NCBI RefSeq assembly: GCF_006345805.1
Contig: NC_042999.1
Location: 99,820,001 to 99,884,000, forward strand
Direction of reading: 5' to 3'
Source: Octopus sinensis
Lineage: Eukaryota
DNA: 64,000 bases
In this document: positions 53,859 through 64,000 of the stretch, piece by piece
Position numbering within the stretch: position 1 is the first letter of the stretch
Layout: the number at the start of each line of letters is the position of its first letter
Program-made: the position numbers and the translations under genes
The notes under the pieces: generated by a model
What the model saw: only the letters and a program-made list of their open reading frames with translations
Databases searched by the model: none
What the model was told of the DNA's origin: nothing

Positions 53859-54077
53859 CACACACACACACTTATACATATGTAAGTACTTATTATAAAA
53901 AGAAATCAACCAGTTACCAAGTGCATTGCAAATAAAATATGCAGAATTATAGTAAAATTACGTAAAACTTTTCTCAAGTTGAAAGAGGCTGCTTGTGATT
54001 GTTATCCATATTTCAAAGATGGAGCTTTGCATCCTCGTTAGATGTACGTATGCATGTACGTTCGTACATACGTACAT

Positions 54078-54272
54078 AATCCAAATTACAAGTTCAGGTT
54101 TATACCTGTAATTATTGGGGCACTGGGATATGTGACACACTGCCAAAATACCAATCTTGAGAAATTAGGCTTCTCAAAACCAGAAAGGAGAAAGCTGATT
54201 CGAAGACTAAAGATCCAATCCATCACTGGAACTGTAAAAATCTGCAAAACTTTTCAAAAGATTATCATTTAA
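54078..54272 (+). mobile_element. RLE-type LINE C-terminal fragment
   Basis: YKFRFIPVIIGALGYV..LEKLGF..LIRRLKIQSITGTVKICKTF. Confidence 0.6.
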
Positions 54273-55692
54273 GTATATATGAGTATGCCTAGACATGATA
54301 CTATATGCATGAAAATACACATAAAATCATACAAATCTGCACATGAACATACATGCATACATACATAAAAAAACCTGTTGAAGCTGAAATTCCATTGAAA
54401 GAGACTTGAATCGCGGTTAGAAACCGCTCTTTCTCTATTGACAAGACGTTTTGAAATAAAACTGAATAATGACATACATACGTAAGTACATATGTACTCA
54501 CATATGAAAGCGTGATGAAATTTAAAAAAAGACAGTACTTAAAGAGTTGGACGGCCGCAGGATGCAGATTATCTGGCATTTTGTCCACATTCGCCTCTTT
54601 GCTTAAAACAGCTTTCTCCCTTTGTGATCTGTAAAGTTAGCATCTTTATGTACTTCTCCTAAAACAACCCGCAAAACTGGTCTTGAGAGCAAAACGTTAT
54701 TTACCAATTCATTAACCGTAATCCAGATGTTTGACCAAACGTATTCCAATTCTAACCATCACGAATTTTCCAATGTATATGTAACTCAGGTCCCCATTAT
54801 CCAATGCTCCATTTTTTATAACGATGGGGTAGGTTTAAAGGATATACTGCTGCTATTTCTAGCAGGATTAACATCCACCTAGAGCTTCCCTCGTTGAATC
54901 AAGTAAGACCATGTTGTCGTATAGTGTTAATACTTTAGTCCAAATTTTTCCATCGATATAATCAAGTGATCACAGTTGAGGATATTACAGTATTAAAGAT
55001 ATTATGTTCCTAACGAACTTGCCAACATTTCTATGGCCATTAAAAGTAATTTTGTTTCATTTCAATTTCAATACCAGTGAAAAGATGGGATTGCATTTTT
55101 TTAATGTCTCTAAATAATCTATTGTAAATCTATCGGTTATTTGATTCAAAAAGGTTAATTGAAAGTATGAAATCTAATAAAAGTTCTCGACGTTCAAATC
55201 AACATTTTCTTCTAAATCTCGCAGAACAAGCACAGTCTCTTATCGCACTAATGTCTATGGTAGACTTTATTGCTATCGGAAGATGGTGAATTACAGAAAG
55301 TTAAAACCACCCCCGAAGTTAAACAAAGAATTTATTCATCTACACTTGCTTATTGACAACAAGTTCGTTCATCAATAAGTTAGAAATATTAACATGATGA
55401 CTAAAATACAATTATATGAAGTCATTGTAAATATAATAGCTTATTGGCAGACATTTCATGAGATATGTCATCACTAACTGCTGATCCTATGAGAGAATAC
55501 TAAATTCATACTCAAAATGATATTAGATATGAAAGATGAATCGATATGTTAGTATATCTCCGAACCATGTTGGTTAATTCACAAATACTTTCTGAATGTA
55601 CTCGGACAGAATCCCACTTGAGAATAATATTTATTTTAGTATGGTCAATACAGATATTATCTACATAATTCAGGAAATAGTATCCCAACTAG

Positions 55693-55734
<42 letters not shown>

Positions 55735-55747
55735 ATACATACATACA

Positions 55748-55870
55748 CACGATGGGGTGCTGCTGAAAAGTTTCTGGTCTGAAGTAACAGAAAATACGGG
55801 AGGATCAGTTAATTATGATTGTGTTCAACATACTCCACTCTCAGATGCACACACTTATTGTAGCTGTCTT
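55748..55870 (+). mobile_element. Possible mariner terminal fragment
   Basis: CACGATGGGGTGCTGCTGAAAAGTTTCTGG resembles mariner TIRs from memory; no partner TIR identified. Confidence 0.35.
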
Positions 55871-56105
55871 TCAGAAGATTGGGCCTCCGACCAAACCTTT
55901 TGCGACACCCTTAAAGCCATGGTATATTCTGTTAAGAACGTAGTAGAGTAGAGTATAAAGCTCACGCACCTTCAGATTTAACCTGTGCTATTTAGTAGTA
56001 GTATCATACGAACTTCCTGCCTATTGACTCCACTCTTTTCAATTATACATACATACATACACACATACACATACTCACACACACATACGTATATATATAT
56101 ATTGT

Positions 56106-56443
56106 TATATTTGGTGTTCACTTGCTTCAGCTTTATTTCATATTAATTATATATCGGCCACAGTTCTTTCGTCACACGTCTGTAACCTCATCTCTGGTTC
56201 TTTGCCTTCTTTCTTTTTTGCTTCTCCCCTTACGAACAACGAGCTGCCATTTTGTATTCCTGTTGTATCTGTCTTATTTTTACAACAGGAATAGAAAATG
56301 GCAGACCGTTAGTGAGGAGAGACACAAAATAGAAAGAAGGAAGCAGAGGACCACTGATGAGGCTACAGAAGTGTGATGAAAGAACTCTAGCCGAAATACA
56401 AATAATATGAAATAAAGCTGAAGCAAGCGAACACAAAATATAT
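56106..56443. repeat. Imperfect fold-back repeat (~160-bp arms, 13-nt loop)
   Basis: GTGTTCACTTGCTTCAGCTTTATTTCATATTA pairs with TAATATGAAATAAAGCTGAAGCAAGCGAACAC; ATTCCTGTTGTA/TACAACAGGAAT at the centre. Confidence 0.85.
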
Positions 56444-56554
56444 AGTGCGTGTGTTTTCGCTGTCTAAACTGGCAACATGATGCAACAATACAACAATATA
56501 GGTTTCAACACACGAATTCACATCAAGAATCTTGCAAAACGAATATATATACGT

Positions 56555-56585
<31 letters not shown>

Positions 56586-56619
56586 ACAAGCGTGCATATA
56601 CTTAAAACAAAATCAAAGT

Positions 56620-56850
56620 TTCTCTTCAAGTCAGTCTCATAAGGCATTTTACCAGATTCTGTGATGTATATATGTCCACCCACTGAACAGGACGCAGGTC
56701 CGTCACAGGATTTTTCTAATTTTTGCGGCCCTGAGTAGATTGGAGCACTGTAAAATGAAGTATTTTCTTCAAAAATACAGCGCATCGCCCAGTCTAGGAA
56801 TCGAAGCCATAATCGTATGTAGAACACCCTCAACTAGTAAGCCACATGCC
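56620..56850 (-). mobile_element. tRNA-headed SINE of another family
   Basis: Minus strand GGCATGTGGCTTACTAG..GCTTCGATTCCTAGACTGGGC (A- and B-box-like). Confidence 0.5.
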
Positions 56851-56955
56851 TACACACACGCGCCCATAAGTTTAAATTTGTATATATATATATATATTAC
56901 GGAGATTTACTCGCATACCAAGTGATTTGATCTGAGATCGTGTGCTGGAACGAAA

Positions 56956-57241
56956 ACAATTGCAGCGTGGAAGGTGTTTGTAAGCCATTTAAGAAACACA
57001 CAAAAGCCGTTCGATTCACTTCAACATTTAAGTTTAATTTGTCAAAATATTTTCGTCGCTAAAATCCGCGACCTGTTCACTGACAAAAATCCGAGATACA
57101 GCACGGATTTTTGTCAGTGAACAGGTCGCGGATTTTAGCGACGAAAATATTTTGACAAATTAAACTTAAATGTTGAATTGAATCGAACGGCCTTTGTGTG
57201 TTTCTTAAATGGCTTACAAACACCTTCCACGCTGCAATTGT
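56956..57241. repeat. Near-perfect palindrome (138-bp arms, 10-nt loop, 2 mismatches), probably an inverted pLTR fragment
   Basis: 56956-57093 is the reverse complement of 57104-57241; loop AGATACAGCA; (TA)n on both flanks. Confidence 0.95.
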
Positions 57242-57245
57242 ATAT

Positions 57246-57276
<31 letters not shown>

Positions 57277-57329
57277 GAATACATCTACTTGGGATAGATA
57301 ATGAATACAGTGCAGAGCAGGAACGTTTA

Positions 57330-57630
57330 ATTGGAGTTCCTTTGCCTTGTTTACAGATGTACTCAAATGATACGTGTGCTTCGGAGAAGAAGGAAGATCA
57401 ACGTCTGGCTACAACACAGTACACCCGTACTGATCTACGTTATGATTATCGTTGCGGGATCATATACGAAATTAAATAATTTGAGAACTTAGCAGAGCGA
57501 ACAATGTGATTACGAAATTTCGAAATCGCTGCTGTGCCGGACATGTCGAAAGGCTCACGAACAAGCCACACGCAGTTGTCAAGTGGTATCTCAAAGATCA
57601 GAAGAGGTTACACGAAAGATCCATTTAAGG
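57330..57630 (+). mobile_element. RTE-like LINE fragment
   Basis: CAGHVERL..VVKWYLKDQKR resembles the post-RT WAGHV.R..W.P..KR motif. Confidence 0.45.
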
Positions 57631-57888
57631 ATAGGAAGTTTACATAATAGAAAAAGCGCTTCTGTTCCTAATGGGAGACCACAATCAGGGGGAAAATAGA
57701 AATGCATTATGACCAGTGATAGCGTATATACAGCAGAACAATAGATGAATACATGAGTACATGCATATGTGTGTAGGTACTGATATGCATACACACACAC
57801 GTATGTATAAATATATCTATGTATTAGTCTGGAAAGAAAGTCATGTTACATATCATGATGAGAAAGAAACAAGAGCGTTTGTTGGTCT

Positions 57889-58440
57889 TTATTTCCCCTC
57901 ACTATTTCTAACATAATAATACCAGCTATTTGGCAAATTGTTGATTTCTTGGGCGAAAAATTCTTTAGGTTTCGTTGTAAAGAAAATTTCATTATAATAT
58001 TTCAACCACTTCACAATTAATAAACTGTTTTCGTTGAAAATATTGTTGCAAAGATCTGATATTATCGTCAGATGAATCAAGCTCAACAGAGTAGGGGTAA
58101 GAGGAAAAACCTCCATATTTGGAGTCATAGTCTTTTCCTTGATGACTTGGGTAATGTGTGGCCTTGCGTTATTGTGTAAGTGCAATGGAACTTTACGACT
58201 GACCAATGACACACGCTTTTTCTTTGACGACAATAACACTTCGAATTGTTTTCATGAAAGACTACACCCTTTATATTGCACCAAACACAGATAATAACTG
58301 TTTCTGAGAGTAGTACTGGTTTGGGGATTAGTTTTTTCTTCTTTGTTCGATGCTAACCATTGTAGTTTTCGTTTGATATGATTATAGAAGACCATTCTCA
58401 CCACTTGTGACAATTCAACCATAGAAAGAGTTGATAGCAA
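57889..58440 (-). pseudogene. Decayed mariner transposase
   Basis: HNNARPH (HDNARPH-like), FFTTKPKEFFAQEINNLPNSW, and upstream VFYNHIKRKLQW. Confidence 0.75.
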
Positions 58441-58798
58441 ATTTATGCTTCAATGACGACAAAGAGCAGGTCTTGGATTTATCAGAGAATCAGTCAGATG
58501 ATGACAGACAATTGACAAAGCTTATATATTATTCCTTGTTCATGAAGGTGTGTTATGATTGAAGTATGACTTCAATTGAACACTTTTTCTAAATCTCTGG
58601 CAGTTTGCTTTAGATTTTGTTCCACAACGATTTTCAAAAACTCAATATTGACAAAAATTTGTCATCTCAATAGAGGAGAGTCTTAAGAAGAAAAATGTCC
58701 TGAGCAAGGCTGGCCAAATTCGGACACTTTCAGTTTCATATTCAGACAGAAAGAGTATTTATTGCTGTTCTTATTACCAAATAGTCTCTTTTGATTTC

Positions 58799-58915
58799 GA
58801 GGAAATTGAACTGATGCTATACCCAGCATATAGTCCGGATGTAGCTCCCTCGGATAATCAGTTGTTCCGATCTATGGCTCACTTCCTGTGCTCGCGATGC
58901 TTCATCAACCAAGAT
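58799..58915 (+). pseudogene. Mariner transposase fragment
   Basis: Translates as EEIELMLYPAYSPDVAPSDNQLFRSMAHFL, containing the YSPDLAPSD-type motif. Confidence 0.75.
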
Positions 58916-60730
58916 AGTTGGCTTCAGATGTTGCAACACGATGGTTTCTACTTAGAATGCTAATTTGCTTTTATTGTAACTTTTACGTTATCAAACTATT
59001 GCAAATCTTTTGACATAGCAAAATAGTAACCATATAGTTATATGTTAAATCCAAGCATCATGATAATCAGAGTAGGAGGATATAAATTCTTAACTGTTAG
59101 AAATATAAATAAAATCGAAATAAAAATATAATCACAACTGAAATTTTTTCTAGCTTGTTAGATCACTTGTGTATTTCAGCATTACAAAGAGCCTCAATTT
59201 ACCTTAGCTTTAAACTTCCTTCAATTCGAGGGAGCACCGTCATGATCATTTTACACTTGATAGTGGTCAACCCTCTCCACGTCTGACTACGGCTGACTCT
59301 TTTCCCATAAAGAGAGAGAGAGAGAGAGAGAGAAAGAAAGAGAAGGAGAGAGAGTGTGAGTGAGACGGACAAGAACAGATAATGAAACAGTATAAGACTG
59401 GTAATTTATTTATTGACCGCTTGTATGGGAACACAGAGTACAGATATACGGGACGACTATTACATGGCAAATAATTCGAATCTTTAACGACTTGCCAGAT
59501 CGCTGCTTTATCTTATATAGTACGTTATAAGTTAATCCTTTTTAGCCGAGTACATCAGCGTACAGTGCATTCAGCAGTTTGGCAATAGCTAGTATCAGAG
59601 GTGGTCTGAAGAGTGGAAGGAAATTTAATGTTGTTGCTTTTCTAAAGAACAAACAATGCCAATGAAGTGGAAGAGTGTCAGTCCGGTGGGAGAAACGATT
59701 CCGCTTGCCAACATATTTCACCAGACGCTCATCTCCATTGTATGCCGCTCACCAAAATAACTGTAATTCTGCGATATTTCGGCCTAACGAGGAAAGATTA
59801 TATTTATACAAATTGTAACTGATGTAGTTTACGAAAAATAAACAGACAGTTTGAATATTTCACGAATCTTTTCTTGTCTTATTTAACGAAAAACATTGAT
59901 TCTCACATATAAACGCAGCATTTACTTTTGTTATCGGTTATTGAGGACAGAAGTCGATGATTTTCTTTTAAGCCATGAACAATTTTTATTCTCATTAATG
60001 TTTTTCCATTTCTGTGGAAAATGACGCCATTAATGTTTCATATCATTAGCTGTAATTACTTTTTATTTATTTATTTATTTTTTTGTATAACAAACAACAA
60101 ACTGAAGGAAGAAAAAAAATACTCAACAAATATAGCTTCATCTACTGGTTACTATTATTATCTATATTATATAAAGTGCCGATAATGAAGATAATACCAG
60201 CACCATCATCATCATAATAATCAGCGTGCAACAAAAGTAATAACAACCGTAGTAGTAGTAGTAGAGGTAGTTGTGTATTGTTTATTTAATGCTCCTGTTA
60301 TATCATTATTGTTAGTTGCTGCTATCTTATTCTTTTCTTATGCATTTTAATAGGCCCGCCTTTTAGCAAGACAGAGAAAATACAGAGAGTGAGCTACAGA
60401 GAGGGAGAGAGAGAAAAGATAGTGAAAGAAAGCAAGAAAGAAAGAGTGGGAAATGTGTGTGTAAGTGTATGAATAATTAATAGGATTTGTTTATGCGTGG
60501 TGGGGATTGAATCACTCAAACACAACTGCCATTCTCACCCTTTTTCATTATATATAGAACTTGCTTTAAGACGCTATCTTTGTTTCAGAAGATGCTATGA
60601 TGCTGCTAAGATTTAACAAAGTAAAACAGTAATGGTGTCAGCCTTTCATATTTCATTATAACATACCATCTTTTCTTTTTATTTCATGCCATCAAATAAG
60701 GGAACTTCGTCTACCATTTATTTCTAAATG

Positions 60731-60970
60731 ATCGTACGATATTTTAAATTAGACGACGGATTCTTCGTTCTTTTGTCAATCGAACGTCTCCGAAATATTA
60801 CTTCAGCGTTCTGGCTCAAAGTACTTCGAACCCTTACGGAAGATCGGAAAGAGTTAATGACTCTAATTATGAAAATCTTCTGATGAAACAGGTTCAGCAG
60901 TAATTTTATCAACATCATAAACAATTCTATATGTGAATGCTTGTGGCTAATGCTGATTTCATAGTATTTG
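60731..60970 (+). mobile_element. Possible decayed hAT-like transposase fragment
   Basis: IVRYFKLDDGFFVLLSIERLRNITSAFWLKVL.. resembles hAT motifs; contains stops. Confidence 0.3.
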
Positions 60971-62844
60971 CTTTACAACATCTAAACGCCAACAATTTCA
61001 TCCTTGAGCTTGAGGTCCATAATTATCCGTGGAATTCGTAGACGGTCGCTTCCTCGAATGTGTTCCTCTTCAGGGTGATAGGGTTGAGTACCAGATAGCT
61101 GATCTAAACTACCTATACTTAATCTCAACTAACATAATTAATTGCAGTCAAAGACGTCCTATAAAAACTGCCTGTACCTCTAATATCCTCTGCAAAGACT
61201 TCATCTTGGGGCAAATTCGACCAAACGAGGCATCACGAAAACATTCTAAGTAGGACTTGGAAAAAGATCGCCTATCATTTGAAGTTCAGTTAGGGACAGC
61301 TAAATCAACAGGGCAATATTTTTTTCAATATATACTCATATGATGATTTCAACCCACAGCTTCAGTTAATTAGCAATTTATGCAATTCCCCCAGTGTTAA
61401 CAGCTGTGTGTTGTACAATATTATTGGGAGTATTTTCTCCGAAGAAATAAATGAGCGTTAAAGTTGTATTTTGGATCTGCCAATTTTCATGCAAAAGCGG
61501 AAGAGACTGACACATATAGTTATGTAGTACTACATACACATAACCACGCAGTGCGGTCACAGCTGAAATACCTTTGATCGTAGGTCTGCTTGATTAGAGT
61601 TGACCTGGAGATAAACAACATTAGCATTAAAAACAACAATGTTGAGCCAGTGACAGGATATGAATTGTTCACATGTCTAACATAATCGTCTCGTTGGTTA
61701 CATCGATTCACTGCTTTCCTGTCAACTGGAAATGTTCGTCACTTTCAATAAATCAATAGATCACACATGAAGATGTGCTTAGAGGATACGTCAGCCCGTG
61801 TGAGTAAATTCATTGCCCAGACTATTTACTATGGATAGGAAATATCGATATAAATAGGTGGTGAGATTTTATTCAATGGCAACATGTCTGTACACTATTG
61901 AAGCAAAAACAATATACGTAAATTGAGGCTTGTATATGTTTGTTTTTGTTTTCACGAAACCAGAAAACAGATCAGCAGCGTAATGGAAGTAAAAAATCTA
62001 CCCGTATGTACTTGTCCCTTTTTGTGATATCATTGATTTCTGGGGGTAGTCTTTGTCCTGTTTAACATCTAGTATTTTTTTGCACTGTTTTACTAATATT
62101 TTTAAAGTGTTTCAGCCCCTTATACAAGGGAAACAAAAATTATAGCACAGATCAAGGAACCGGTGTGAAATAGTGAAGAAGAGTAATAAAGAAATAACTG
62201 AAACTGGGACTGAGCAGTTGTAATTATATTTTCCATAATATAGGGAGTTTATAAAAATAGCTCTATGCAATATATATATATGTATCCCTTAGATTTTGTA
62301 TAACGTCGATTTACTTCGTCACTGACAGAAACAATCAAATTGCATGAAACTAATATTCGGTAGTTAAGTCAATTTTATGATATATTTTTGATATAGAGCA
62401 ATTTAATTTCAGTTCTAACAAAATCATTCACTTTTTGCTGTGACAAGAATGCAGTTTTTTATTCAACAAGATAGGTTATACATTAAGTAACTAAATAAAT
62501 AAACCTGTAATCAATGCAATACTTACAAAAATTAAAAATTTCCGGTTCACTGTCTCATATCATATAAGGCACATGACCAAATGAATAGGGGTTCGGGCTC
62601 GCGTCGTAAACTTGCGAGTTCCATTCTTAGACAGGATGGTGCCTTTTTCCTTTTCAAACTCAATATCAGGTTTCTTCCAGTCTATGCAGCTGAAAGGAGA
62701 ACAAACCTTGTGTTAGTGCCTTTTTCTCTCCATTCAGCCGTCACATTATGGACGCTTCATTGGTCATTGCAAGGACAGTTGAAAGGGTGATTGTGCCAGA
62801 TCGTGAACATTATTACCATTATCTCTCTCTCTCTCTCGCTATAT

Positions 62845-62893
<49 letters not shown>

Positions 62894-62947
62894 ACATACA
62901 GATATACATACATATGATATATATATACATTTAGATATATATATACA

Positions 62948-63050
<103 letters not shown>

Positions 63051-63770
63051 TATAAAATTTTGGTTGGTTATACTCGAGATTGGTCAATCTCGCCAGCGCC
63101 AAGGAAAACTTAAGTTAAGAGCATTAGATTCCTTGAAAGAAAGCACCGAATCTATACGGAAAGTAGGACGGGAAAAAACGGAGAAATCATTCACAAAAAC
63201 AAACCCAAATAGAAGGGCATAACAACAAGTGTCTTTCGACTAATTAAACTATGGTGACGTGTGTGGAAGTAAAGCCTTACGGCAGGGACGAAACATTTGA
63301 CAGGCACAGGGGGGAATATAGGTGTTGCACGGGTGGTAGTCGAACCACAGGAAAGAAAACTCCGAATGACCCGTCATTATTTTCGTTGTATCATGTGTCT
63401 GGATATTTTGCATTCTTGTCACATTTTTGTATTTTTTATATATGAAAAACTATAGCGGCGCACATACACTTTGGTGTCTTATATATATATAATCGAACAA
63501 TATATTACTGTTTATGACATATAACTGGTCAAAATTATACTGTCGGCAAAATATCGACTATGGCACTTGGCAATGTTAACATCACTTAGGCGGCGAGCAG
63601 AATCATAAGCATTTTAGTATTTTCTGATTTGTGAGAAGTTCTAATTGTTGATTTTCATGTTTATTCACTGAAGAAAACGGTTTTTTGCATGTTGTAACAC
63701 TTTTGTTCATTAATAAAGAAGTCGTCTAAACCAGCTGTAGTAACCAGCAACCCATCTGTATTATTATTAT

Positions 63771-63802
<32 letters not shown>

Positions 63803-64000
63803 TAAACTGTTATGATATATATATTCATATATATTATGTAATATAAAGAAGCTTCTCCACTCTGACTCTCTTAAATATTTTTCCTTACACAAACATAAAA
63901 GTATACACCATAGCACACTAAGCAATGCCTTGTATAAAGATTTATTCTTTCTTCGCGACGTTTCCTCTTTCATAACATGTAAAATAGCTTTGACTTACAA

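Overview
AT-rich, microsatellite-dense eukaryotic DNA. The SINE families resemble those of octopus, so the organism call is an inference. No intact host gene could be recognised. The main feature is a ~7 kb Penelope-like retroelement (PLE, 31959-38964). It has one frameshifted RT + C-terminal GIY-YIG reading frame (34588-37432) with two long Asn-rich insertions, a ~2 kb near-identical inverted copy of its 3' half, and three copies of a minimal hammerhead ribozyme (HHR) with an extended stem II. Five more HHR or decayed-HHR motifs of unrelated sequence occur elsewhere, most in short modules between microsatellites. There are two fold-back palindromes near 56-57 kb; one holds a hammerhead-shaped fold with a non-canonical core. 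A heavily decayed minus-strand gene (signal peptide, LRR-like, sushi/CCP-like, TM-like) may span 23165-9300. The rest is tRNA-derived SINEs, R4/Dong-like and RTE LINE fragments, mariner/MITE remnants, a small Helitron-like element and simple repeats. All calls come from manual reading; no searches were run.
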